Positions 15,377-25,048 of a stretch of DNA of 33,260 nt are shown here, piece after piece. Under the pieces are notes generated by a model. The model saw nothing but the letters and a program-made list of their open reading frames with translations, was not told the origin of the DNA and made no database searches. Location: positions 1 through 33,260 of IMG/VR virus record IMGVR_UViG_3300036446_000026; one strand, 5' to 3'. This DNA comes from a virus. Its lineage: Duplodnaviria; Caudoviricetes. How positions within the stretch are numbered: position 1 is the first letter of the stretch; each line of letters begins with the position of its first letter. The translations under genes were made by a program, and so were the position numbers.

Positions 15377-18300
15377 TCAGGCTGCCCTTGACCCGTTGGC
15401 GACGTAGCGGGTCAGCAGGCCCCTCAGCTGCGCGGACTCAGCCCGCTCCTGCCGCAGCTCCTCGGTCAGCGACTGCACCGTGGCCATGAGCTGCTGGAAC
15501 TGGGCGTCGTTGCCATTCGAGGCCGGGGCCCCCGCCGAAGTGCCAGATGCCGTTCCCGGCTCCACGACCGAAGCCTGCACGGTGCGAAGCGCATCGATGA
15601 TCTGCTGGCGGATGGCCTCGTATTCTGCCGAGCCCGCAAAGTAGCTCCGGGCATACTCGGCATAGGCGGTGCTCTCGGCGCCGAACCGGCCGATCGCGGC
15701 GGCGTCACCGGCGGCGGCCTGGGCGTAGGTCGATTGGTACGACGCCCGGATCCCGGCCAGCATGCCGGACGGGTCGCTGTTGGAGAGATTGCCGCCTGGC
15801 ATCAGGCGGGCCAGCGCATCCTCGAGCTGCGAGATGGCACCGTTGTAGAGCTGGTCCTTCAGCGCGGCTTCCTTGCGCAGCAAAGCCTCGCTGATCCGCG
15901 CCTGGTCGACAATGACGTCGGTGTGCTGCTTGATGTAATCGATGTTCGCCAGAATCGACTGCTTCTCGTCCTCCCATGCGCGCAAGCCGGCGGCGACTGG
16001 ATCGATGAGGTTATCGATGTAGTCCTGTCCCAGCCGCTCGGTGGCCTTCTGCTGCTCGGCGACGAGCGGATCGAGGGCGAGGCCGAGCTTCTTCGCGGTC
16101 TCCGTCATGTCGCCGAACTTGCTCTCCAGCTCGCGGAACTGGGCGCGCACCGTGAGCGCGCCCTTCCCCAGACGCTCGTAGACCTCGTCGACGAAGGTGA
16201 TGCTCTCCGCCGTCTCCTTGATGCCCATGGACGCGGCCCGCATCGCCTCCAGCGCGGTCTTCATCGTCGTCGAAATCTCGCCGACGGCGCCGGACAGGAT
16301 GGACCGGATCGCGACCTGCGCGGCACCGGTGTCCATCATGTCGTCCATGTTCATGCGCCAGGCCTCGCGGTTCCCGTTGGGATCGACGAGGTGCGTGGCA
16401 TTGCTGGTGTAGGACCAGTCCTTGCCCTGGGCTGTCCACGAGGAGGCGTTGAGGCCCCAGACCTTGCTGGCGTCCTTGACGCCGCCCAGAAGGTCGAACA
16501 CCGAATCGATGCCGCCCGTGAGACCGCGCAGCGCGCTTTCCGACTGGCCGGAGTTGGCGTTCGCTCCCCATGCCCCGCCGGTCGTGTACCAGCCGCCGCT
16601 GCCGTAGATGAGGTTCGCGTTGGTAGAGCTGTGGGTGCGCGTGTCGGGCTCGCCCATCAGGCTGGGCAGGAGCTGCGAGGCAATGGCGATCAGCGGGCCG
16701 GCAATCTGACCGATACCAGGGACCAGCGATACCGCACCGCCGATCATGCTGCCGATGCCGCCGATTGTTTGAGCGGTACTCTTCGAATTGATCAGCTGGT
16801 AGGCACCCATGCCGATACCGGCCGCGGCCCCCAGCCCCTGCCCCCAGCTGATATCGCCGAGCCAGCCGCTGCTGAAGCTCTGCCCCGGCGCTGGCGGACC
16901 GAACTGATTGCTCGGCAGGTTGCCGCTGATCGGCGACTTCAGCCAGTTGCCGATACCGCTGAAGGTCTCACCGAACCAGCCCATGCTGCCGGTGCCGGGC
17001 ATGCTGAAGCCGTTCGAGTTCGCGGCGGTTGGTGTGCCACCCCAGGCCGCGCCGCCCACACCCTGTGGGACGATGCCGAGCGACTGACCGGCCTGGAAGA
17101 TCGGCGCGACGAGCGGGCGGATCACGGCCGCAGCAGCGATGTCCGCGAAGGTCCGCAGGAAGATGTTCTTGAGGGACGTCGCGGCGTCGGCACCGTTCAG
17201 CGTGGCCCCCGTGAAGATGCCGTAGAACGTGTCCGCCCCGAAGGTCTGCACGTTGTCGAAGGCGTTCATCCAGGTCCGCTTCGTGGCATCGGCCGCGTCA
17301 CGAGCCTGATTGAGTGCCACATCGGACCGGGCTTGGTCGCCGGCGAGCGCGATCTGCCGTTGGGCGTTCGCATCACCCTCGATATCAACACCCCTCGCGG
17401 CGAGCTCGTTCCGCTTTTGGAACATCGCGAGCTGGGCGGCGTAGTCGGCATTGCCCGATCGGACCAGTGCCGTCTGCTCGATCGTCAAGGCGAGTTGCCG
17501 CTCCATCGCGGCGGCGCCGTCCGCGAGGTCACGGGTCTTGTCCGCAGCAGCCTTGTCCCGCATCGACCGCTCGATATCGGCTCTCGCACCTGGTCCTGCC
17601 GCGAGCTGAGCGCGCTTGATATCGTAGTCCAGCTGGATGCCCTTCTGCTTGGCCACGTCTCCAGCGGCTGCCGCCAGCTTGTTGGTGAGGTCGATCTCCT
17701 GTCGGATGCCGTCGAGCGTCGTCGCGTCGGTGAGCGCCTGCCGGGCGTCGAAGACCTGTAGCTGGAGCGCACCCGTACCGTTGTCGGCCCGAGCCGCGGT
17801 CGCCTCAGCCTCAGCTCGGCGCATCGCATAGGCGCCCTGCTCGACCACCTTCATCTGGGCGGCGATGCCGGCCAATGCGTCCGTGTACTGCTTGGCGGCG
17901 TTGACGCCCCCCATCATGTCTTCGTTCTTGAGGATGGTGCGGATCGAATCGCCGTAGGCCTTGATCTGGTCTGCCGAGACCTCAACGTTGTTGCCGACGT
18001 TGGCCCAAACGAAGGCCAGAACGGCCGCCTCGACTTTGGCCTCGATGGTCGCCGCCTTGCCCTTCCTGACAGCCTCCAGCATGCGCGTCGATGCATCGGC
18101 TTCCTGCTGTTTCAGGACGACGATGTCGGCGACCTTTTCCTGCTGTTCGCTCAGCGCCGCAGTAATAGCGTTCTGTTCGCGGGCTGGATCGCCTTGGGAG
18201 AGTTCGTAAACACGCGCCTGATACGCCATCCCGGCAGCCGACGGATCGTTGGCCCGCCATTCATTGCGGCGTGAGACATCGTTGATCGACCGCAAGGCCG

Positions 18301-20170
18301 GATCGAAGTTCGCCGCCTGCTCGCGGGCGCGCTCCAGGCTGCGGGTCAGGATATCGATCTGGCGGGCCGCTTCCTCGGCGCTGAAGGTGGTCGCCCCTTT
18401 TTGGAGGGCGACCAGCGCTTTCTCCATCGTGTCGATACTCTGACTGGACGCTCGCGTTTGCTGGTTGAGCGGGGAGAACTTCTCCGCGATGGCGGCGGCG
18501 GAAAGGACGAGTTCATCGCCCGCCTTGGCCGCATCACGGACCAAGATGGACCACTGCTGAATCTCCTGCGCGGCCAAATCATACTGCGCGGCATAGTAGT
18601 CGCGCTGCGCGACCCTGGACCCTGCCGCTGTACCCGGAGACTGGCCTGACGCGCCCAGCCCGACGGGAGCCGCTCCAGCGCCCGCGGCTGACGTCCGCGC
18701 GATGATCTGCTGAGGTGTCTCCGGCGCCGATGCCTCGCGAAGCTTGCGGGCTCCCGCGGCAGCCAGTTCGAGGACCGCCCGGTACTGGTTCACGATGGGG
18801 ATGGCATCGACGAAGCCTTTCAGCACCGACCCGAGATCGGTTGCCAAGCTACTGAAGGTACTGCCGATCGATTTCGGCATTCTTGCGAACTCTTCGTTCA
18901 CGGCACCGGCACGCTGGACGAGGGCTTCCATGACCTGGCGGTTGGTGACCATCCCTTCCTGGGTCATGAGGCGGAGCTGGGTCACCGAAACGCCGAGGCC
19001 GGCCGCGATCTGGTCGGCGATCTGTGGCACGTTGGTCAGGACCTTGCGGAGGTCTTCGGCCCCGACGGCGCTCTTTCGCAGCATGTCGGCGACAGCACTG
19101 CCGGCGGCATCGGCCTCGTTGTCGTTGGCGCCCGCGATTTGCGTCAGCTTCTCGACGGTAGTCGCAATGCCTTGAATGTCAGCACGGCTGGCTCCCAGCC
19201 CCTGCGTGGCGCGCGCAAAGGACACGAATGCTGCCGTCGCGATATCCACGGCGATGCCAGTTTCCGAGGCGGACTTGCGGATGTCCTGGAATGCGCCGAC
19301 TGCTTCACGCTGGCTGCCGAGAAGGGTCGTGAAGCGGCGATCCTGCTCGCGCCGCTCATCCTGCGACTCGGCCATGGCATTCAGCCCATAGAGGCCGGCA
19401 CCGGCCACGGCCGCACCGATGCCCCCGTAGAGCACAGGTTTCGGGATCGCCCGCAGCATGTTGCCGACGCCGCCATATAGCATCGAGATTTGCGGGCCCT
19501 GCTGCGCCGCGACCACGAGCGGGTTCATGCCGCCGATGAGGGAGACGCCGACGTCCTGCAGCTGGTAGCCCAGCATCACCCTCTGCTGGGCGTTGAGGCC
19601 TACTTGGCCGGGGCGGCCCATATAGCCTGTGCTCGCCCCGGCTGATGCAGCGACCCGGGCATTGGCGGCCGTGATCTGGGCGGCCGCGGTGTTCGCCGCC
19701 ACAGCCGTGCCGATGTACAGCGCCTTGATGCTCTCGGTCGATGCCGCAACCGACGCCATGAGCGTCCGACTGCTGGCGCTGCTGGCGTCGATAATGCTCT
19801 GCGTCGCCGCCCGGGCGTAGCCTTGGGCTTGCTGTCGCGCCATGGCGTAGGCATCGCTTTCGCGCCGGGCCATCGCTGCCGAAGCCGATTCCACGCTACG
19901 CATTGCCGCCACGCGAGCCTGCGCATCGCCCGTGATTTGAGCTGTCGCTCGACGGTAGGCGGCCGCAAGAGCGTCATTGTGCTGAGCCTGCTTCTCGGTT
20001 TGAACAGTGGTCGAGGCCGTTGCAGTGCCGAGCCCTCTCTGGGACTCGGTCATGGTCTTGGTCGCCGCATCGACCTTGACTGCCGAGGCCGTCATGCGAT
20101 CCATCGCGCGCTCGGATTCGCCGAACGGGGTGCTGTCGATCGAGAAGCCGAGAGAGGCGAGGTCTTCCAT
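15377..20170 (-). CDS. tail tape measure protein, 1597 aa
   Basis: Very long Ala-rich helical ORF after the chaperones; MEDLASLGFSIDS start and lambda-type QLQDVGVSLIGGMNPLVVAAQQGPQI motif; Gly-rich hydrophobic region. Confidence 0.95.
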   Translation of the reverse strand: MEDLASLGFSIDSTPFGESERAMDRMTASAVKVDAATKTMTESQRGLGTATASTTVQTEKQAQHNDALAAAYRRATAQITGDAQARVAAMRSVESASAAMARRESDAYAMARQQAQGYARAATQSIIDASSASSRTLMASVAASTESIKALYIGTAVAANTAAAQITAANARVAASAGASTGYMGRPGQVGLNAQQRVMLGYQLQDVGVSLIGGMNPLVVAAQQGPQISMLYGGVGNMLRAIPKPVLYGGIGAAVAGAGLYGLNAMAESQDERREQDRRFTTLLGSQREAVGAFQDIRKSASETGIAVDIATAAFVSFARATQGLGASRADIQGIATTVEKLTQIAGANDNEADAAGSAVADMLRKSAVGAEDLRKVLTNVPQIADQIAAGLGVSVTQLRLMTQEGMVTNRQVMEALVQRAGAVNEEFARMPKSIGSTFSSLATDLGSVLKGFVDAIPIVNQYRAVLELAAAGARKLREASAPETPQQIIARTSAAGAGAAPVGLGASGQSPGTAAGSRVAQRDYYAAQYDLAAQEIQQWSILVRDAAKAGDELVLSAAAIAEKFSPLNQQTRASSQSIDTMEKALVALQKGATTFSAEEAARQIDILTRSLERAREQAANFDPALRSINDVSRRNEWRANDPSAAGMAYQARVYELSQGDPAREQNAITAALSEQQEKVADIVVLKQQEADASTRMLEAVRKGKAATIEAKVEAAVLAFVWANVGNNVEVSADQIKAYGDSIRTILKNEDMMGGVNAAKQYTDALAGIAAQMKVVEQGAYAMRRAEAEATAARADNGTGALQLQVFDARQALTDATTLDGIRQEIDLTNKLAAAAGDVAKQKGIQLDYDIKRAQLAAGPGARADIERSMRDKAAADKTRDLADGAAAMERQLALTIEQTALVRSGNADYAAQLAMFQKRNELAARGVDIEGDANAQRQIALAGDQARSDVALNQARDAADATKRTWMNAFDNVQTFGADTFYGIFTGATLNGADAATSLKNIFLRTFADIAAAAVIRPLVAPIFQAGQSLGIVPQGVGGAAWGGTPTAANSNGFSMPGTGSMGWFGETFSGIGNWLKSPISGNLPSNQFGPPAPGQSFSSGWLGDISWGQGLGAAAGIGMGAYQLINSKSTAQTIGGIGSMIGGAVSLVPGIGQIAGPLIAIASQLLPSLMGEPDTRTHSSTNANLIYGSGGWYTTGGAWGANANSGQSESALRGLTGGIDSVFDLLGGVKDASKVWGLNASSWTAQGKDWSYTSNATHLVDPNGNREAWRMNMDDMMDTGAAQVAIRSILSGAVGEISTTMKTALEAMRAASMGIKETAESITFVDEVYERLGKGALTVRAQFRELESKFGDMTETAKKLGLALDPLVAEQQKATERLGQDYIDNLIDPVAAGLRAWEDEKQSILANIDYIKQHTDVIVDQARISEALLRKEAALKDQLYNGAISQLEDALARLMPGGNLSNSDPSGMLAGIRASYQSTYAQAAAGDAAAIGRFGAESTAYAEYARSYFAGSAEYEAIRQQIIDALRTVQASVVEPGTASGTSAGAPASNGNDAQFQQLMATVQSLTEELRQERAESAQLRGLLTRYVANGSRAA

Positions 20171-20171
20171 G

Positions 20172-20674
20172 CTATCGCCCTCCCCGCTCTCGCCTTGCGG
20201 TCCTAGACCGCTTCGCTGTGTTCTTCACGCTGTCCTTGGCGGCCTCAGCCGCCTCGGCTTTGGTGGCCTCTCGGCCGAGCGCCATCTCGCGGCAGAAGAT
20301 GTCGTCGATGTCTTCGATCAGCGCGATTTCCCAGGGCGCCAGCCGGACACCGCCTCGACGCAGGAACGCGTCGATGTCTGGCCATTCGATCTTGTCGAAG
20401 CCGTTGAAGCCCATCGACTTCCGCCGGCGCAGCCGCATGTAAGCCCGCCAGATGTAGGCAAGCGCCGTCGGGAAGGGTGGCACCCACAGCTCGGCCTGAA
20501 GTTCGGCGACGATTTTGGTCGCCTGCTCGACCTTGTGGCCGCGGGCCAGGTAGGCCTCGGCACGCTCGAGCCGGGATTCGAACCGATCCCGGCGCGAGCG
20601 GCCTTCTACTGCGACGTCGAGGCGGAAGCTTCGCTCGGCGAAGGCGCGGAGGCCGTCGCCGAGCGCTTCGTAAA
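20172..20674 (-). CDS. tail assembly chaperone, frameshift (T) segment
   Basis: -1 frame relative to 20606..21103; no own ATG/RBS near its conserved part; YIWRAYMRL...IEWPDIDAF...LAPWEIALIEDID motif. Confidence 0.75.
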
Positions 20675-21103
20675 AGCCAGATCCTCCCGCAAGAAATCGA
20701 GCGCCTGTGTGTAGATGTCGACCTTGCGGCGATCGGCCAGCACGGTACGCGCGTTCTCTTCGGTGAAGGGGAATTCCGGTCCGTCTCTGCTTACCTTGAA
20801 CGGCGACCAGCCGATCAGGCGCTCGACGATGTGGTTGATGTTCTTGGCGCGGCGCTCGTCGAGCGACTCCTCCGGCGCCTTCCACTTCTTGCCGTTGACC
20901 TGGGCTTGAGCCTGAAGCTTTTCGGTCACCAGCGCCTCACGGGCGTAACGGTCAGACTGAGCGATCGTCTTGGGATGGCCGGGGCCGGCGAATGTCCAGG
21001 TCCAGCCGGTCGGCCGGCCGAAGGCCATGACTTCCATCGTCGCCGCGTCGGCCGCGTCGAGATCATCAAGCGTGAAAACGCCCTCGTTGTTGCTCTTTTC
21101 CAT
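20606..21103 (-). CDS. tail assembly chaperone (G), 165 aa
   Basis: Between the tail tube and tape measure genes; PTGWTWTFAGPGHP and FPFTEENARTVL motifs; ends AFTKRSATAS. Confidence 0.85.
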   Translation of the reverse strand: MEKSNNEGVFTLDDLDAADAATMEVMAFGRPTGWTWTFAGPGHPKTIAQSDRYAREALVTEKLQAQAQVNGKKWKAPEESLDERRAKNINHIVERLIGWSPFKVSRDGPEFPFTEENARTVLADRRKVDIYTQALDFLREDLAFTKRSATASAPSPSEASASTSQ

Positions 21104-21136
21104 GTCGTTGCAATCCTAGTGCCGGGATGCCGGGTC

Positions 21137-21183
21137 GGGGCCGCCGCCCCCGGCGGAACGGCGGCCCCTCTCTCGCGCGAGAG
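21137..21183. other. two adjacent inverted repeats between the tail tube and chaperone genes
   Basis: GGGGCCGCCG (21137-21146) pairs with CGGCGGCCCC (21159-21168); perfect palindrome CTCTCGCGCGAGAG at 21170-21183. Confidence 0.55.
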
Positions 21184-21188
21184 GTCGA

Positions 21189-21980
21189 TCAGGAGCCAGC
21201 AAGTCCCACAGGCAGGGAGTCGACGGCGCTGCCGGCGCCGGCGCTGTTCACGCCAGCAACCCGCACGCGGATCGCATCGCCGGCCTGGCCCGCCGCGATG
21301 GTGAAGGTCTTGTTTGTCGCACCGACGATGTCGGCGAAAGTGCCGTTGCCGTCGGTGTCCTTGCGCCACTGATAGGTGAAGCTGGTCGGGGCGTTGCTCC
21401 AGCTGCCTTCGTCCGCGGTCAGGACCGAGGCCTGGGCCATGCTGGTGCCGATGATCGACGGGCGGAGCGAGTTCACCGGCACCGAAAGAGCCGCCGAGCC
21501 GACCTCGAGGACGATCTGCACGCCGATGGCGAAGGTGCGCCGGGTGACGGTATTGCCGTCGCCAAGCCCGGTACGCTTCGTGTTCACCAAGCCGGCGTAG
21601 TACAGGATCGAGTCGGAGAACGACGGGGTCTTGGCGTCGTTCATCTCCATCTTGAAGGCGTACTGGAAGTTGGTCTTTTCCGCCTCGATGAGCTCTTCCT
21701 GGCCATCGTCGAGCGGGTCTCGGCCGACCACAATCGTCTGGTCGCCGGCGTCGCGGGCGCCCTTCAGCTTGCGGACGCGCTGGCGGCCGATGGATACGAA
21801 CGGGATCGTCTGCGCGGCGTCGCCGATCTCGCCGAGGTTCTCGGTCTCGCCGATCTCGACCCAGTCGTTGATTGCCTCGAATGCGGCGAGCGCGTTCTGT
21901 TCGGTCATGTCAGCGATCGCGAATGCGTCGACCGGCGTCGGCGAGATGAAGAGCCTTACCTCGTTCTTGTTGATCGTCAT
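21189..21980 (-). CDS. major tail tube protein with C-terminal Ig-like domain, 263 aa
   Basis: WVEIGETENLGEIGD...RVRKLKGARDAG...DPLDDGQ tube motif; C-terminal PSIIGT...TADEGSWSNAPTSFTYQWRK...IRVRV Ig-like domain. Confidence 0.9.
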   Translation of the reverse strand: MTINKNEVRLFISPTPVDAFAIADMTEQNALAAFEAINDWVEIGETENLGEIGDAAQTIPFVSIGRQRVRKLKGARDAGDQTIVVGRDPLDDGQEELIEAEKTNFQYAFKMEMNDAKTPSFSDSILYYAGLVNTKRTGLGDGNTVTRRTFAIGVQIVLEVGSAALSVPVNSLRPSIIGTSMAQASVLTADEGSWSNAPTSFTYQWRKDTDGNGTFADIVGATNKTFTIAAGQAGDAIRVRVAGVNSAGAGSAVDSLPVGLAGS

Positions 21981-22001
21981 GTGGGGATTTCCCTTTCAGG
22001 C

Positions 22002-22029
22002 AAAGAAAAACCCCCGTCTCAGCGGGGGT
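22002..22029 (-). terminator. intrinsic terminator-like hairpin upstream of the tail tube gene
   Basis: Minus strand ACCCCCG-CTGAGA-CGGGGGT followed by TTTTCTTT. Confidence 0.6.
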
Positions 22030-22052
22030 CGTAGCCCGGTCGAGCCGGGAAT

Positions 22053-22469
22053 TCAGGTGAAGGCGTAGAAGCCGATCGATATCGGGAGGCGGATCCTGTC
22101 TCCGCTCGGCAGTGGCGGTCCGAGCGAGGGCTCGCCCTCGATCTTGACCTTGATCCCATCGCGGTTAAGGGGCGTGCCGCGCGTGAAGTGCGCCGCCACG
22201 ACGCCGGCAATGTTGGTGGGCGCCACGATGCCGGTGTTCGCCGGCGCAACGACCGTGACTTGGTAGATGCCTCGGCGCTCGGTCGCGCTGTTGGCAGCGA
22301 TGCCGCGGTTGACGTTTCGGTTCCACAGAATATCGACCTTGAGATAGGTCGTCGGCGGCGGATCGAAGGCGAAGTTCGGCCATGCGATCGGCAGCGGTGG
22401 ATCGAAGGTGAGACCGTTCAGCCGGTTCCTCAGCGCCTTGTAGATGATGGTTTCGACCGTGTCGGGCAT
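22053..22469 (-). CDS. tail terminator-like protein (DUF4128), 138 aa
   Basis: IAWPNFAFDPP and RGIYQVTVVAPANTG motifs; position before the tail tube gene. Confidence 0.85.
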   Translation of the reverse strand: MPDTVETIIYKALRNRLNGLTFDPPLPIAWPNFAFDPPPTTYLKVDILWNRNVNRGIAANSATERRGIYQVTVVAPANTGIVAPTNIAGVVAAHFTRGTPLNRDGIKVKIEGEPSLGPPLPSGDRIRLPISIGFYAFT

Positions 22470-22516
22470 TTGCTAGCTTCCCGCTGCTGGCGTGGGGCCA
22501 TCGTTGAAAGGAGACG

Positions 22517-22729
22517 ATGTTGCCCGACCTGCCGGTCCCGAAAACCGAACCGTTGAGCGATTGGGAGGTGCAGGATGTCCTGCACCGCATGGCCTTTGAT
22601 CTTCAGTCCCTGAAGGGGCAGACGACACGGGGGGACACCGCCCTGCGCGCCGCCAACCGGTCCTTGATGCTCTTCATCGCCGCCCTCATTGCGGCGAACG
22701 ACCCTGAGCGGCCGCCCTCGCATCTCTGA
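22517..22729 (+). CDS. antisense moron-like hypothetical protein, 70 aa
   Basis: Strong AAAGGAG RBS; fills the gap between two conserved neck/tail genes on the opposite strand. Confidence 0.6.
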   Translation: MLPDLPVPKTEPLSDWEVQDVLHRMAFDLQSLKGQTTRGDTALRAANRSLMLFIAALIAANDPERPPSHL

Positions 22730-23132
22730 CTGCGCCGGCGACGTGATGAGGCCAGTTCTGGGCCGATAGCCGCACCATGGCTGCCGGGTTCTGGAGCTTC
22801 GTCCCGTACTCGACGTGCCCGGCGTATGCGGCGCCGAACGAACCGTAGACTGTATCGCCTATCGTGGCGGTGGCGATGGCCAGTCCGAAATCGATCGGCG
22901 CCGGATAAGAGTTCGGCGCGGCGTCGCTGGGGGGCCGGGCATCGGTTCGGATCGTCTGCGGGCCGCTGAGCGATGCCTCCAAGGTATTGGCAAGGAAGCC
23001 GGTATCCCTCGGTGTGCGGGCGAGCACGTCCACGAACATGCGATGCGTCGCCCCTTGGAACACAGCCAGCTGCCGTGCCTTCGTCCGCTTCGTCCAAGCT
23101 CCCACCTGTGCGGCCAGCGATTGGATCGCCAT
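22686..23132 (-). CDS. HK97 gp10-like tail completion protein, 148 aa
   Basis: TPRDTGFLANT and YAGHVEYGT...AMVRLSAQNW motifs. Confidence 0.85.
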   Translation of the reverse strand: MAIQSLAAQVGAWTKRTKARQLAVFQGATHRMFVDVLARTPRDTGFLANTLEASLSGPQTIRTDARPPSDAAPNSYPAPIDFGLAIATATIGDTVYGSFGAAYAGHVEYGTKLQNPAAMVRLSAQNWPHHVAGAVRDARAAAQGRSPQ

Positions 23133-23135
23133 GGA

Positions 23136-24158
23136 TCACCTCAGTCCAGCGAAGAAGTTACGCTTGTAGACCAGTCGACACCGACAGCCGGCGCGCTCCT
23201 TGATGTCGCCATCGGGATCGCCTGGATACATCAGCCCGTTCGAAAAGCGTTGCTGTAGCTTCACCTTCTCGCCGTTCATGTGGCGGTGTGTGTCGCGGGT
23301 TCGAAGGTCGCGCACCGCTACCCACCCCTTCTCGACCTGGTCGACCGAAAAGCCGCCTTTCGCCGCGGCTTGCTCCCACGCCTGATGGCGAGAAGCGTTG
23401 ATGGCCGCCATCGTTTCGGTCCGGCCGATGATCTCGCCGCGGAGCGCGAGAAGGCGATCGGCATAGCGACCAGCCATCTTCGTGACCGTCGCGGCGTCGA
23501 TCGGCTTCCCTGCCCTGATCGCCAGCAAGACTTGGGGATCGAAGCGGCGGTCGCGACGGTCGCGGCCGAGGTATCGCCTCAACTGCGCCGGCTCCCCCGA
23601 AAGCAGTTCGCGCTGGGCGTTGGCTACGTACTGAGCCTGAACGCTGGTCAGGCCGATGATGCCGCCTTCCCTTCGCCCACTGGCCGTGTTCCTGCGGCCG
23701 ACAACGTCGAGTGCAGTGCTTCGCGGGTTGTCACCTCGCTCCATGCCCGCGGTGAGAGCCGAGCGAATGGCGGTTCGCTGGTCCTCGGCGATCTCAGTAA
23801 TGGCGCTCGATGAATGCGCAGTCAGCCAGTTTTCGGCAGCCGGCATGCGGACATCGAAGCGGAAGACGATCGGGGTGCCTCCAAGATCGCGCATCGATGG
23901 CATCGTGGCGGCCGTTGCCGTCCCGCCCTCGAGGAAGGCTTGCCGGATCGCGGTATCCAGCGGCTGGAAGGCCGCAGCCTCGACGTGTGTCGCTCGGACT
24001 GCCCCCTCGATGTCACCATTCTCCAGAGCCTTGATGATCTCGTTCAGCCGGACGCGATCGACGATGTCACGGATGGACTCGATGAAGGCCGCCCGCATGT
24101 CCGGTGGCCACTTCTCCAGCAAGGCGTCAATGCGCTGCTGCTGCGTCTGGCGAGCCAC
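23136..24158 (-). CDS. MuF-like minor head morphogenesis protein, 340 aa
   Basis: IGRTET, KGWVAVRDLRTRDTH, LMYPGDP and CRC motifs; GTG start. Confidence 0.9.
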   Translation of the reverse strand: MARQTQQQRIDALLEKWPPDMRAAFIESIRDIVDRVRLNEIIKALENGDIEGAVRATHVEAAAFQPLDTAIRQAFLEGGTATAATMPSMRDLGGTPIVFRFDVRMPAAENWLTAHSSSAITEIAEDQRTAIRSALTAGMERGDNPRSTALDVVGRRNTASGRREGGIIGLTSVQAQYVANAQRELLSGEPAQLRRYLGRDRRDRRFDPQVLLAIRAGKPIDAATVTKMAGRYADRLLALRGEIIGRTETMAAINASRHQAWEQAAAKGGFSVDQVEKGWVAVRDLRTRDTHRHMNGEKVKLQQRFSNGLMYPGDPDGDIKERAGCRCRLVYKRNFFAGLR

Positions 24159-24161
24159 CGG

Positions 24162-24545
24162 TCAGGCCCTTGCCCGCAGCGTCCAGGTGGCCTTGGCCGG
24201 ATCGGTCGATACCGCTGGTGCGCCCGCCGACGTCGCCGGTACCACCGTGAAGACCTCTCCCCTGATGGTGATGCGATCACCGGGCTTAGGCTCTGTCGAC
24301 AGTGTGGCAGCCAGCACCAGCACCTTGCGCTCCCCCGCCAGCACCAAGCCGCCGGCCAGATAGCTTGTGCTCCACTCCTCGTGGATGGCCTTGCAAGGAA
24401 AGGTCGCCGTCGTGGTTTCGCCGGGCTCCCCGGGTTCGGCCGGATCCGGCGTGAAGCTGTCGCGGCTCAGCGTGGCATCCAGGAAGATGCCGGCGAAGGC
24501 TTTGCCGATCTTCGCGGCGAGCCCGCCTTCCAACAGAGAAGGCAT
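24162..24545 (-). CDS. head-closure / head-tail joining protein, 127 aa
   Basis: Position after the adaptor; GERKVLVLA...PKPGDRITI...DPAKATW motif. Confidence 0.75.
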   Translation of the reverse strand: MPSLLEGGLAAKIGKAFAGIFLDATLSRDSFTPDPAEPGEPGETTTATFPCKAIHEEWSTSYLAGGLVLAGERKVLVLAATLSTEPKPGDRITIRGEVFTVVPATSAGAPAVSTDPAKATWTLRARA

Positions 24546-25027
24546 CAGACCACCAGGATGGCAGGTAATGCCCTGGCGGGGTCGATCAGGGGGGCGAGAA
24601 GCCCTTCGATACGTGTCGACATCGGGATGGCACCGACGACGGCCGACGTGCTGGCATTGTCGGCATATTCCAGTTCGATACTGCCCGCCTTCATGCGCTT
24701 GATCCGCTCATTGGCGGTGGCGATGACCGCCAAGCTGCCCGGGGTCTGCAGCTCGAGCAGAGCAGCCTCGTAGGACGCCTGAACGACGCGAGTTGGAATG
24801 GCGTCATGCGCGACCGCGTTGCCGTAGGCATCTACAGCACCGGTACGCGGCCAGGCGCGCTCCTGCTCCATCCCACCAGTTGGACTACCGGGGAAGCGAT
24901 CGGCATAGGCGCCGTCGATGTAGAGGCTGCCACGGGCTCGCGCGGCCGGGATACTGCCGGCGGGCACCGTGTACCCATTTGCGGACATGTAGGCGGTGAA
25001 GCCGTCGTCCGAACCGTATCCGGGCAT
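24545..25027 (-). CDS. head-tail adaptor (DnaT-like family), 160 aa
   Basis: QERAWPRTG...IPTRVVQASYEAALLEL...KAGSIELEY motif. Confidence 0.85.
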   Translation of the reverse strand: MPGYGSDDGFTAYMSANGYTVPAGSIPAARARGSLYIDGAYADRFPGSPTGGMEQERAWPRTGAVDAYGNAVAHDAIPTRVVQASYEAALLELQTPGSLAVIATANERIKRMKAGSIELEYADNASTSAVVGAIPMSTRIEGLLAPLIDPARALPAILVV

Positions 25028-25048
25028 GGCGACCTCACAGAATTTGGG

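Noticed and set aside
9247-17761. Long plus-strand ORFs (9247..10764, 10991..12766, 13222..15489, 15734..17761)
   Set aside because: These are antisense shadows of GC-rich tail genes, with Arg/Gly-rich low-information translations and no motifs.
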